40,242 nucleotides of DNA from Guillardia theta CCMP2712 (taxonomy: Eukaryota > Protista > Cryptophyta), in NCBI RefSeq assembly GCF_000315625.1, contig NW_005434670.1, positions 1-40,242 on the forward strand, written 5' to 3'. Below the pieces are notes generated by a model. The model worked only from the letters and a program-made list of their open reading frames with translations. It ran no database searches and was not told the origin of the DNA. Positions within the stretch are counted from its first letter, which is position 1; each line of letters begins with the position of its first letter. Shown piece after piece: positions 27,307 to 40,242 of this stretch. Made by a program: the position numbers and the translations under genes.

Positions 27307-30236
27307 ATGGTGAAACTTGAACCTGGATGGACTTTCCTGTCTGCAGAAGAATCTCACGATTACTCCGAGAAGTTGATGCGGGACCAGTATGGTGTGGTGG
27401 ACTGTATGAGCGGCGAGCCTTGTGGCAGACAAATCTGGGTGAAGCAGACTGCAAGTTCCTTGCAGACATCTCCATCATTCGACCCGTCCAAGAACCCGAA
27501 CTCCTCAGACCTTCTCTACCGCGAGCAGAGACTCAAAGCGTGGAAGGGCAGAAAGCCTGAAGAAGAACACCTAGAGCCCAAGACAGCGAAAGAAGCAGCA
27601 GAGAAAGGGATTCGTTTCTATTCTATGCTGCAGAACGAAGACGGTCACTGGGGAGGGGACTATGCTGGGCCCATGTTCCTTATGCCCGGGCTGATTTTCA
27701 CATGCTACATTACGGACGTAGATCTTGGAGCAAGAAAGAGGCAATGATTGCCTACCTCTGCAACCACCAGCAGGAAGACGGAGGGTGGGGGACCCACATC
27801 GAGTCTCCTTCGACGATGTTTGGATCAGTCTTAAGCTACGTCTCTCTGCGTCTCCTTGGTCTGACCAGCAGCCATCCTGCCATACTAAAAGGAAGAAAGT
27901 TCATACAGGAGAATGGGGGAGCGGTAAAGTTGTTCTTGTCTCATCGATCTCTGATGAATTGCTGCAGGTCACTTCTCCTTCTTGGGCCAAGTTTTGGCTG
28001 TCAGTTTTGGGAGTGCACGAGTGGGAAGGAGTGAACTCGATTCCTGCTGAGATGTGGCTTCTTCCTCTATGGTAGGGGTCCTCTCCCACAATGTTGTTGT
28101 CAACTTTTTCCCAATTCTTATCGTCTTGCTTTGGCTTACGCTCCTGTCCTTGCCACACCCATTAATTTTACTCTTATTCTTGCTCCTCGTGCTTGCTCCT
28201 GCTTCCGTCTCGACTTGTATTGTCACACAAACGAATTTGGAATGATGATGCTCGTTTTCATTTCGATCCTTGGCTGTCAATTTCATATATCACGACCATT
28301 GCTATTATTACCGCATCAAAATAACTCCTTCTTTGCGTATTTGTTCAGGTTTCCGTTTCATCCAGGGAAACTATGGTGTCACTGCCGCATGGTCTATCTC
28401 CCTATGTGCTTCCTTTATTGCACTCGTTTCACGAATCCCAAGAAGCTCAACGATCCTCTTCTTGAGCAGATCCGCAAGGAGATTTACGTCTCTTCCTACG
28501 ACACTGTGCGGTTGAGAGAGGGAGTGATGCCTGTCTCAAAGGTCTGCAGGTGAAGTGGGACAAAGAGCGCCACTCCATCTGTCCCCTCGACGAATACTCG
28601 CCAGTCACGAGACTTCAGAAGTTTCTGCATGACGTGCTGTCATGGTATGAGACTCACCTCTCCCTCCACTTCCTGCCCCCCTTCTCCTGGCTGCGTCGAG
28701 CAGGTGTGAGCAACAGAGGTGAGCTGATCTCTGGAGATGACGAAGAGAAGGTGTGAGGACAGCCATGGAGTACATCGAAGCCGAAGATCTTCAGACTAAC
28801 TTTATTGACATCGGGCCCGTGAACAAAGTGAGAAAACAAAAGTTTGCTCTTACAAGTGTGGGCCTTTCGTCGAAGAATGATTCATCTATAATTGTTTTTT
28901 TCAGCTCTTGCTGAATGTATTTCAAGTATGATTCTGAAAAATTGAAACTTGGTTGCTCACAGGTGTTGAATATGCTATGCGTTTGGGCTGATGCTGGATG
29001 CAAGACAACCCCCAATTTTTTTCGGTCAGAATGAATGGCTTCTGTTTCGAGCTCATGGCAACAACAGGCACATCCCAAGACTGGATGATTATCTGTGGGT
29101 GGCGGAAGATGGAATGAAAATGCAAGGCATGGAACTTCGAGATGTTTTTTTCAATTTAGCTCTGACATGATCAAAACTTCTGCAAGGTTACAATGGATCG
29201 CAATGTTGGGACACTTCGTTTGCAGTGCAAGCTATCGTTGAGAGCGGACTCGCAAACAAGTGAGAAGTTTGATTTGGAGGAAAATTTGTCAGATCAAGCA
29301 GTAGCAGTGAGACATAGATCAGTAATGGCCTAAAATTTGAAGTAGTTGTTGATGAAAAGAGAGGCTCGACGGACGATTTGCTAGTGTAACTTCCTTTGCA
29401 CAGGTTTCCGGACACCTGCATCAAAGCGTATGATTACTTAGCTCGCACTCAAATTCTGAGCACGCCAATGAGCCAATCCTCTCGAGCCTACGAGTACGAG
29501 AGTGTAGAGAAGAGAAAACGGTGAGAGTGCACGGAGACATCACGACGGAGGAAGGCAGGGAGGGCTGAAGAAGAGCAAATGGAGAGAAGGAGGGAGGGAA
29601 GAAAGGAGGGAAAGAGGAAGAGGGTAGAAAAGCGAGAAGAAAAGAGAAGAGGAAGAAGGAATACAGACACAGAGAGATAACAAGACCAAGAAAAGCTCAG
29701 ACAGATCACAGCGATCTCTTTGCATGTAATGTGGTTCCAGATACTGCACACTTGTGAAATGCTTCGACAAAATGTTATTCTGACGCTTTTGAATCAGATT
29801 CTTCCGACATGTTTCTAAGGGGGGTTGGCCCTTCTCCACCTCTGCTCACGGATGGTGAGAATATTTGGATCAGCTTTCTGCTCCCCCTAGCTCCCTACCT
29901 CCTCCTCCTCCTCCTCCTCCTCCTCCTCCTCCTCCTCCTCCTCTTCCTCCATGCCCTCACACCGCCCTGTCCTTTCGGCATGTAATCCCATGCTATGGTA
30001 TACCTTATTTGTTCTTTTTACCCTTGGGTGTCCCTATCGTGTTTACTTTATTTACTTCTCACCAACAGGCCCATCAGCGATTGTTCGTCTGAAGGCCTCA
30101 AAGCCGTTCTGTCACTCCACTCGCTTGCAGGACTATCAGAGCAAACGGTACGACGCTGCAGAAATAGATATAAATATGGAAAGGATTGGAGAGAGAAGCT
30201 GAGAAGGGCAAGGCAGGAGATGCTGCTGCTGCTCAT

Positions 30237-30309
<73 letters not shown>

Positions 30310-32413
30310 AGCAAAAGCAAAAGCAAAAGCAAAAGCAGAAGAAGATGGAGAAGCAGAAGCAAAAGCATCTGATTCTCTCCTTACGCGCTGATAGATTTCT
30401 GGAACGATTTCTGATGAAAGATTATTTGATTGCGCACATCTGCTTTTGACGTACCAGGTGAGTTTCAATTCTCGTTGTTGTGTCTTTCTTCGCTCTCCTG
30501 CCATTGACGCACATTCCAGAACGCGGATGGAGGATGGGCGACGTATGAGAACAACAGAGTATGCAAGAGAAGGCAGAGGCAGATGACTGAGAACGCGTGT
30601 AGGGCTTCGGCTTCTATGAGTGGATGAATCCAAGCGAGGTTACATCTCTTGTTTAGTCTCCTTCACTCCTTGCTTCCTAGTCTGCCTTTTCCTTTTGAAA
30701 CGTTTCCATACGTTTTTGTTGCCTTGCCCACTTCAAGTGCAAACATCCTCTTGTTTGATGATATTTCATACTTCTCATCATAGTTTGCTGGCTTTTCATT
30801 TCTCCAATGCCTAAGCCATGTTCTTGGAATGGTGGAGAACTTGGGGAATCTGCTGCTAATCGTGTTTTCCGATGCTTTCTCCACTTCCTTCGTACTCTCA
30901 TCTTGCAACTGACTTCAAGCAGGTCTTCGGAGACATCATGATAGACTACTCTTATGTCGAGTGCTCCTCTGCATCCATGACAGCTCTGGCAGGTGTGATG
31001 TTGTTTACAGAGGATGAGAGGAGTTGTGCATCACGATGAACCAGACATTCTCTTTGCCACACTATTGCATCATAAACGCAAGCGCTCTCAATATAGTGAC
31101 TTTTCTTTGCTACAGCTTTCAAGAAGTTTTATCCTCATCACAGATCGAAGGAAATCGATGGAGCTCTTAAGCGAGGGGCTCGTTTCATCCGCAGGTACCC
31201 TCGTCGTCCTCGTGCACTTCTTCGATGAGATATCCTTCATTCTCACCTTCACCTTCCTCCTTCCAAAGCCCTGAATTCCTTTCTCGCCCTACAGCATGTG
31301 ACATGATTTACTCGCGTCATCTCTTCTCTCCTTTCTCGCTCCGCCGCCTCTTCCCATTCTGCTCCTCCTCATTTAATTCTCAAAGCTGATCATTGTTGCA
31401 GCATTCAACGGCCCGACGGCAGTTGGTATGGCAGCTGGGGTGTTTGTTTCACGTATGGAACATGGTTCGGCATCGAAGCGCTTATGGTGAGGAGGCAAAA
31501 CAAAAAGCTTCAAGGGTTAAGAGTTTGAGGCAGACAGCCGGATGCTCCTCCGACGACGGTAGTGTGAGACTTGCAGTCAACTTCCTTCTTTCCAAGCAGA
31601 ACAACAACGGCGGGTCAGTGAAGTTTTCCGTTCCTATCCACTCCCTCTCTCCTTTTTCCTTCTCTGGTTTCCACCTCTTTCCTCCCATCTCTTGCCTTTC
31701 GTGCTGCCCTTCCAGCTCCAGCCTCCTCATTCGCAGCCACCAGATGGGGTGAGTCCTACCGATCCTGCGTCGACAAGGTTTACGACGGGAGCGAGGTGAC
31801 AAGCATTCGTCTGCAGCGTTTGACGGCATCCTGATCTTGTTGTGTAGGAAGCCTGCTACGGTCGGGGAGGCTCTGGAGTCGTGCAGACAGCGTGGGCGCT
31901 GCTCGGCCTCATGGCAGCCAAGGTTCATCTCCCCGAGGAGGTTTATGTTTTGCTTCCCTGCTATTCTTCCGCCGTCTGACCTCCAACTGTAGGTCCATGC
32001 GGTGGAGCAAGGAATCAAGTATCTCATGAGTATGCAAACTCCAGCAGGGGACTGGGAGCAGGTGAATAGAAGACGGCAGGCAGAGGGAGAGGGGAGATGG
32101 GAAGGATGAGGAGGATGACCCGTGACGTGATGAGCAGGAAGGAATCACAGGCGTCTTCAACCGCAGCTGCGGCATCACCTACACTCAGGTTATCAACCAA
32201 GTTGGGAGGGGGGGCGATTGGTGGAACGGGAAGTGGAAGTCAAGATGAGGGTAGAGGAGAGAATGGAAGTTATGACGAGACACTGGAGGCTTGCCGGGGA
32301 GGAGGAGGGACGGACTACTGTTGAAGAGCTGACATGTTTCACAGTACCGCAACATCTTCCCTCTATGGGCACTTGGCAGATATGACGAATGGAAACAACA
32401 TGCAACGAAGTGA
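27307..32413 (+). CDS. CAS1: Oxidosqualene cyclase, cycloartenol-synthase type (multi-exon; apparent 1-nt frameshift near 27735)
   Basis: [89 protein letters not shown]. The Tyr/His/Ile at positions equivalent to Arabidopsis CAS1 Y410/H477/I481 indicate CAS. Exon limits read by eye. Confidence 0.88.
29898..29949. repeat. (CCT)n intronic microsatellite
   Basis: Read directly. Confidence 0.85.
30238..30367. repeat. (AGC)n and (GCAAAA)n intronic microsatellite
   Basis: Read directly; lies within a CAS intron. Confidence 0.85.
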
Positions 32414-32584
32414 TGTGTGTAGTATTCATTTCATCTGCTTATGAGAGGTTATGAACACCTCTAAACGTATTACAATGAACGTGTGAACAAGGTAGACAAT
32501 CACGCCGTCACAAAAAATCAGTTCGAAATGAAAGAGGTTTTCATTCGGTGATAAGCGAACAATAGAATGATTTGAGGAGACCCT

Positions 32585-33796
32585 CTAGTAGAACCAAGCT
32601 CCTCCAAGCTGATTGTTGACATCAAGCTGCAAACTAGTTACGTATCGCAACAACTTTCTCTGTCCACCAACGTACCTTGTAGGAATCGCTGGCAAAATAC
32701 TTCTGGAGGGTAGGAAGAGCACGGAAACGCTTGTAGAACTCATGGCACTTGGGGAACTTGTCGAGGATGGAGGGCTTACCCATCTTCTTCGCCAACATCT
32801 CGTGTTGGTCCAACATCTCCCAGATGTGGAAATCGCAGGTGACGGGCTCAGCCCCGCAGAAGAAGTCGGTCTTGTAGAAGTTGAGCCAGGCCTCGAACTT
32901 GGCGAAAGGAGGGTCCTCCACTTTCTTGATTGCAAGAGCCTCAAACTCCTCCTTGTTACGAGTAACTTGCTTGAAGGGATAGACCAAGTCGATCATTCCG
33001 TTGCGAACATCGTAGATCTCGCACAGGAGCTGGTTGTTCTTGAGCTTCGCTTCCTCGTCTGTCCCGCACATTTTGAACTTCTCGCCCAGGTAGTTCATGA
33101 TGGAGTTCTGCGAGAATTCATCATGCAATGACCACCCTTCAAGGTACTTTTCTCACCGTTTGGCAAACGACCTTGTCGCCATCAACAAGGTAAGGAAGGT
33201 TTGCCAGAGGATTCTTGGCAAGCAGCTCAGGCTTCCTACCCTTAAACCAGGCGTCTCCATCCGCATATTGCTTGTCTTCGAATTGAACTTCCTTGTACTC
33301 CAGAATCATACGACAGACGGCACCGAGGCCGCGAATTTTCCTGTTGTAACATCATCAACATGAAGAAACCAGCGCATTCAAAGGATGAGCATTAAGATGT
33401 TCAATCATGGACTGTTGCACCACAATAATTGAATAATTGGCTGCTATGATTGTCAGGTGGCATTGTAATCCACTCTGACCCATCTCTCGATTCTCATCAC
33501 CATCATCATCATCGTCGTCGTCATTATCACCACCACCACACCATCACCACCACCATCGTCACCATCATCATCATCATCATCATCATCGTCATCGTCATCG
33601 TCATCATCATCATCATCATCATCATTATCATCTCCACCATCTCCACCATCTCCACCATCTCCATCATGCACATGTCACAAGAGGAACCATCATGCACAAT
33701 CCATCAATGTGCATGATTCTACAGTGAATGCATAAACCACTAGCTTGTTTCTTCAAGTATCTTGACTCACCAGTAGCCAAACTCCAGCGTCGCCAT
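32585..33796 (-). CDS. Glutathione S-transferase, mu-like (multi-exon)
   Basis: Spliced translation MATLEFGYW|KIRGLGAVCRMILEY...NPLANLPYLVDGD...SQNSIMNYLG...VTCDFHIWEMLD...FRALPTLQKY; GT-AG junction at 33770/33341. Confidence 0.88.
33495..33668. repeat. (CAT/CAC)n microsatellite in GST intron 1
   Basis: Read directly. Confidence 0.85.
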
Positions 33797-35261
33797 GTTC
33801 GCTTGCCGCGAGGATTCTTTATATCTGAGGGCACCCACCTTCTTGCTACCCCCGTTTTCTACCCATCCACCCCTACCCCATAGATCATACTTTTCTGATG
33901 ATCCATGGTATTTCCTCAGGGGTGGATGGAATCTGTACCCCCGTGAAAAAATGCAAGAACCTTAGGTAATATGGGGTGGGAGGTTAGACGAGATTCCAGA
34001 ACACACCATCATGGGGCCACCCACCCCACCCCACCCCACCCCACCCCACCCTGCACATCATGCGCCACTCCGGGCCGAGGCTCCCCACCGTGCGCCAGCA
34101 GTGCCGCACTGAGGTGAGTCATTTTCAATGACTGTGAGTCATCGCCGGGCCGCCCCGGGCCCGGCGGCCGGCGGCTGTCGGACTGACTCAGAGGGCCACT
34201 GTCACAGCCTGAGTCGGCTCCGAGTCGCCCGACGGCGACGGTGACCGTACCGCCCGGGGCCGGACTCCGATCATACTACCGTTTTACTGACTCGGCTCCG
34301 GCCTTGGCAACGGCGGCATTGGAATCAGTGCCGCGCAGTCACCGTACCGTGCCGTGCCGGGAGGCAAAACTTGAAATCCGGGAGTCAATGATTCTGGCGG
34401 CCTCAGCCCGGCGCTAGTCCGGAGTCCCGGAGTCCGGCGAGCACTGAGTGCGGGCAGGGCTGCTGAGCGACGCCGTCGCCGGTCGTATGACCCTACTATA
34501 TAAAAGACTTTTGTTTGATTTATCAGAGTACAGAAATTATTACTCATTTATTGGGCTGCACAGTATCGCCCTACGACTCTGCAAGAGCCTAGTGGCATAG
34601 CCTCTGCTATGACCCGGTTGAAGCAAGGGCTCTACTAAGCTAGTCGCTTGTATTGAAGCTAGGACCTCTTGTTCTAGGAAGCTGCATAAGGCTGATTGGC
34701 GCACTGAATCCCCTGCACCGGCCATAGGTCCCTCCACTGCCTCACAGAGAAGATGCGTGGAAAGGGGGTCCTCTTCTTCACAAGTTGAAAAAACTCCATC
34801 AAATAATATATCTAGTGTCCAAATTGTCAGTGAAAATATCTCTTTTTTCAAAATATCTTAGACTTCGATACCGCACAGAAATACTCCAATGAAATCGGAA
34901 ATACTACCTACAGACCGCCGAAGTCGGCGGGCGATACGATCGGATGCGATGGCAGGGTGTGCACAAGACATCGGACTTGGGCTAGAATACCGCACAATAC
35001 TGATCGTTTCATGATCATATCTGCCATGCTCACACCGTTACATCACTCAGTGATCCTCTCTGCCATCCTCTGTTTGAGAGTTTGTGCTCCTTCATGGTCT
35101 CTTTCATTACATTATCATTCTCACATAGGCTAAAGGTCAAGTGGAAAATTGAGCGAATGTGAGGGAAAACATGATGATCTACCATGATGCTACTTTTTAT
35201 CTCAGTTTCAGATCGTGGAAGAATCAACCTCACCCTTGCTGCAGGTTACCAGGCTGCAGAA

Positions 35262-37174
35262 ATGCCAACCAGCCATTTCAAAATTCAGGCGCGTCTGCCG
35301 GAGAAGAAGGGTGCATTGAGGTGTGTTTTTGAAGCGACGCAAACGCAAATATCTGAACAATCACTCAAAACAGCAAGAAAGGACGGTTGCTTGGAGCATG
35401 GGTAACAAGATGGTATAGGTTGGAATGGCAAAGTGGAAATGCAGTACTTTTGGCATACAAGACTGCAGCTATGACTGGAGCGCCGAAGAACATATCACTT
35501 GAGCAGTGAGTTGAGATTTGATTTCCCTTTGCACGATCTAATCACAGTATCTACAGCTGCTATGTGCGCTCATGCCCTGACAAGGATCTCAAGTCGGGAG
35601 ACAACGGTTTCTGCATAGAAATCGATGCTCGACATGGTACAGTCAAGAAGATGTTTCACCTTTATGCGAAGACACAACTTGAAAGAGATGAATGGGTCTT
35701 CACTTTGCGAAAATACGCCGTGAACACTTCTATCGAGAACGGATATGAGGTAAACAGAGACGACAAGACCATGAAACTCGGGAGCGGCTCGTATTCAACT
35801 GTTTGGAAGTGTCGGGACAAAGAAACAAACAAGGTCTGTGGCATGCTGTATTGTGATTGAAGTGGTTTCTTGTGAAATGAATTCTATACAGTATTGGGCA
35901 CTGAAAGAGATGATGAAGTCAAATGTCAAGAAGGATGAAGAAGAGCATTTGAAGGTGACCCAGTTTACAATGGTTGCACTTTTTGTGAAATGTTTGAATG
36001 GTATAGGAAGAAGTACGTATTAGCACTATTGTTGGATCTCACGACAACATTGTTTATCTCAAGGAATTTGTTGAAAACAAAGATAGGTATATCCTTGTAT
36101 AGCAGTTGACAAGATGTGAAAATTGAACGCAAGGTATTACTTGGTACTCGAATATCTCTCCGGAGGTATCAAGATGGCTTCTTGTAACTGGAACAAGAGC
36201 CCATTTTGATGAGAAATGGCAGGCGAGCTTTTTGATCGCATCGTTGAAGCTGACGGAGGACACTTCACGGAGAAAGATGCTTCAAGGATCATGCAGCAAG
36301 TCTGGACCTTACAATATTGGTTTTGAATCTAAAATGTTTCAGGTAATGAGCGCTCTGAATTACCTTCACGGAAAGAAGATTGCTCATCGAGATTTAAAGC
36401 CAGAAAATTTTCTCCTAGTGGACAATTCACCAGTGAAGCAGGCGCGAATCAAAATAGCAGACTTTGGGTTTGCCTGTAGTGCCGAAGGTCCCAATAGTTT
36501 GCAGGGGCTATGTGGTTCGCCGGGTTATGTTGCTCCTGAAGTTCTGAAAGAAAAAGATGGCTATGGTCTTCCAGTCGACATGTGGAGCATGGGCGTCATA
36601 CTATACATCCTTCTAACCGGCATCCCTCCTTTTAATGGCGAAAGCGACGAAGACAGTCTCGCTCTCACCGTTCGCGGACATTATGAAAAATCGGTTTTTG
36701 TTGTCAAGCTTTTGTGATTTGACTAAGTTGTTGCGTAGCATTTAGAAGATTTGTCTGAGCCCGCAAAGGATCTTGTGACCAAAATGTTAACATACAATCC
36801 AGCGAAGGTCAGCATCTCAATTCATCTCCGTCTGTCTTACACGTTAACAATCTTAGAGATTGACTGCTGATGAAGCCTTCAAACATCCATGGCTCCGTGG
36901 CTCTGCTACAGACAATCTTCTGAACGTCCAGGAGAACTTGAGATCATGGAGAGCACGCATGAGATTCAAGAAAGCAATCATTGCCACAGTTGCAACGACC
37001 AGGTAAAGCATTCTCTGTCTTATTTTGGCAGACCAGCTGATGGTTTCGTCAAAGACTTCATGCAATAATGCGAAGAGCAGCTGCAAGATCGGATGCTAAG
37101 AGAGAAGAATGTAAGTTTGTTTATTTGTGTCTGTGCTGTCTGACTTGATCGTAATAGCTGATGAAGACAAGTAA
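35262..37174 (+). CDS. PH-domain plus CaMK-family Ser/Thr kinase (multi-exon)
   Basis: PH-like KKG...WVTRWYRL...LYAKTQLERDEWV; kinase motifs LGSGSYSTV, HRDLKPEN, DFG, GSPGYVAPE, DMWSMG; CaM-binding-like RARMRFKKAI; ~45-50 nt introns. Confidence 0.88.
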
Positions 37175-37403
37175 ATCAAGTTTTGCAGCTTTTGGTATCG
37201 TGCAGACTATGCTACACTCATGGGGAATAGTGTCGTCAGCAACTCCAACATTCCGGATTGGAGTGCAAAACAGTGTTCTGTTACATATCCCCCATATTTG
37301 AAATTCTCAGCACTTCTCAAACGTTCGTTTCCCAGAATGCTCCAATGCAGAAAACTCAGAGAGAGAAGATCGAAATCCTTCGAATTTGTTTTAAAGAACA
37401 TTT

Positions 37404-40144
37404 TCATTCACCTTTTTGTTTATTGTTGCCACCTTCATTAAAGGAGCTAGAAGTATCTTTTCCCAGTGCAGAAATTGCTCTCATCACAGCAGACGTATCG
37501 CCCTTCCTCTCCTTCTTCTTGACGATCCGCAGCAGTTGAGCTCTCCTTCGACCAATGACTCCGCGGATCCATGCCTGAGCCTTGATAATGTGGTCCGACT
37601 GATTCACGTAGTCGATGAAGCGTGACAAGACCTCGTGGTTTACGCGGCTGCCGGCCTGCAAGTTCTTCACCTCCTTTGCGACCTCCGTCAGAGCCTCTCG
37701 GCAGTTCCTGTTGTCTTCCCCCGTTGCAAACTCAATCAGTAAGTTGTTGGCCGCATTCCTCACCGAGGGGTCAAAGGAGTCCAACCATCGAACCATCCTT
37801 GGCCAACTCCGCATGCGCACTACTTGTTCTTTGACGGAGACGGATTTGGAGAGGTTCTTCATGATCTGCAAGATAAGAGCTTGCTGCAGTGGATCATGGG
37901 TGTCTGTCAGGATCTCGAGCGCTTGCACTAACCCGCGTTGAGCAAGCTTGTCGATGAATTGCATGTTTTTGCTGAGCTCGCAGATAGAAAGCATTGCTGT
38001 TCTTGGCAAGACAGGATTTCCTGCAAGTCTGAGTGCAAAATCGATTATGTCCAGATATTTTTTGTTGCTGCTAATTGTTTCAGACAATTTCTCATTTGCA
38101 GCCATGAGGCAAATAAGTTTGAGGCAAGTTTCCTGCACATTCCTGAAATTGCTATACAGATGAAGGTTGATGAAATTTTGGGCTGCACCAGCAGTGAAGA
38201 AGATAAATCTGATCTCTGTCATTTTCATCATCAACTTTTCCATCACTTCTAGGACCTCATCTACAAGAACGATACATCTTAGTTTTTGGAAGGACATTTC
38301 CACACATTCGCCGATAGATGACATGGAGACTTCAGGGTTTTTTGCAACCATCCGAGCATAGCGAAGAAGTTTCTGCTCGTCCCAGGTTGCCATCACCCCA
38401 TGGGTAGGGAGCATTGCCTCTACTTCTGTCTTTGTCTTTGGTAGGAGACGAAGTAGTCTGGCTAGAAAGGGCTCAAGATTAGCTCTTGTGAGAACCGACG
38501 ACGACCAAGAAGTTTCTGCCAGCACAGATATCAGCATGAGTGCAGCCATCATCATGGGAAAGTCTTTTTGGAAGCTGTTTCCGTCCATGGCCTGATGGAG
38601 CACATCCAAAATGTCTGTGTTGGCCAGTATAATTGGGGTGTACGCCTCCGAGCACAAATATCGGAGACCAAGAAAGATCTGCTGAGATGTCAGGAGAGGA
38701 CAGGTTTACAGGTGCAATGCAATATTTGGGGTAAACAGCTTCACATGTGCAAAATGACATCGGGTGTAGACAGTTTCATGTAACCACACACAAAAGACCT
38801 GGGTTGTCACGTTGGCATCTTTTGACTTGAAAACCGAGATGAGTTGAAAAATTTGTTCGGTTGACCACAATTCTGCTTTGATCTCAATTTTCCTCTTCCA
38901 CTTCTGTTCTTTCACATGACTATAGCCCTCACACAGACAGTGCAACCCGTTCGCTGCATGGCCTCGAGTTACCTTGTCTCTCGATTGAGTTAATCTGCAC
39001 AGCATGTACACGAAGCCACTTTTCATGAAAGTCCTTCTTGCTTGCATGGTTTCTGATTGTGCTAAGATGGCAACAATCTCAGCAGCTAGTCTCATTTCAG
39101 TGACCTGGTCAGGCTGGACACTTGAAGTCGGATCAACAAAAGCATCAGCTTTCGAAAGATGAAGAAGCTGCTCGCCACCGCGTGGGCACGAGAAGAAGTG
39201 ATTTCTGTTTGCTTCTCGGGTCAGCAGTTGGGTGAGAGACTTGAGCGACCGGCTTCTGACTTGTGGGTCTGACGACGAGAGGAAGTCTGGGGAAAGGCAG
39301 TCAGAGAACTTTCAGTCGAGGAGGTCACAACGCGCGTACCGATAAGCTCCTCTACCAGCCCTGCGTCTCCCAGCGTCCTCTTGTCCGCCTCAGCGTTCTC
39401 GGCGATGATGGTGACGGTTGCCGCCACATCTCGCTGGAGCATCGTGCTTGCCCTCGCTGAGTCCATGAGAGCCGCATAGTCGCTGCTCGCCATGGTGGGG
39501 CGGAGCGACTGAGGGAGAATCATGGCAATGCGTCGCTTGAAGTAGGGGTTCGACAAGTCTCCGCGCAGCCTCGGATGCGGCATCTTGCGTCGCCAAGCGA
39601 AGGGACGGCTGATGCCCGTTTGCAAGGGAGGCTGAACAAATTGACGATGGTCATAGACAGAAAGAGAGTCATGGTCTGATCGAAGAGTAGGCATTCCAAC
39701 ATCTCCTTCATCCTCCTCCTCCTTCTTGCCCTGGCTGAGTGTCGCCTCTTCGCCGCCACGAGAATCACCTGACGTTGAGTTCCGTCTGTCTTCCTTCTTG
39801 GAGGTCTGCACGTCTTTGAGGAGGAGAGACGCAGTGCTGCTGGCCCTTGCAACAGGTGTCAGTGAGCTGATTGTGGTCTTCCTGGAATTAGGCGATCGCT
39901 CCTTGGCGTCTGCAGCTCCTCTTACTTGTTCAAACGCAACCTCTTTCTTCGACATGTCCTTCATAACCTTCCAACTCACCCTCCGTCTTCCCAGGTTGAA
40001 CTTCTCTTCTTCATCGTCAGTGAGCTCTTGCTCACCATCAGCTGGCCTTGTGATCTCCTTCAGTACGTTCACGAGAGGATTCGACTGCCATCGCCGTTCT
40101 GCGCTTTGTGACATCTTTCGATTCTCGTTGCCGGAATTTCTCAT
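37404..40144 (-). CDS. Armadillo/HEAT-repeat-like protein with a C-terminal IQ-like motif (multi-exon; start uncertain)
   Basis: Three long same-strand ORFs with ARM-like helical repeats (GLVQALEIL, VRNAANNLL, TRGHAANGLHCL) and IKAQAWIRGVIGRR. Confidence 0.65.
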
Positions 40145-40242
40145 TCTTCCCACCCGCCCTGGACGGTACGATGCTCGACAGCCTGGGAGACGTGAGGGAG
40201 GGAGGGAATGAGAGGAGGAGGGAGGGGAGAGGAGGGAGGGGA

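Noticed and set aside
29995-30633. PolyQ/polyS/polyA/polyL ORFs (and polyD/polyI ORFs at 33450-33716)
   Set aside because: Intronic microsatellites in the CAS and GST genes

Overview
Eukaryotic subtelomere with plant-type telomere repeats (CCCTAAA on the + strand, so the chromosome end lies to the left). The short GT-AG introns and gene set suggest an alga or protist, possibly a cryptophyte; that assignment is inference. The left ~17.9 kb is a head-to-tail array of minus-strand non-LTR retroelements embedded in telomeric repeats. It contains one autonomous-type element (ORF1, then a TAATG stop-start, then Ulp1/C48-like protease, APE endonuclease and RT), two complete near-identical ORF1-only non-autonomous elements, and several truncated or decayed relatives. 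Each tailed copy ends in a (TAA)n tail joined at the same register of the telomere repeat. Families A, B and C each carry their own 19-21 bp 5'-terminal unit, amplified 1-17 times. Together this resembles a HeT-A/TART- or SART-like telomeric retrotransposon system that coexists with telomerase-type repeats. Proximal to it are three intronless alternative oxidase genes (two in a 1.2 kb inverted duplication with a captured cycloartenol synthase fragment at the breakpoint). Beyond those are ordinary intron-rich host genes: cycloartenol synthase, a mu-like GST, a PH-domain CaMK-like kinase and an ARM/IQ protein.
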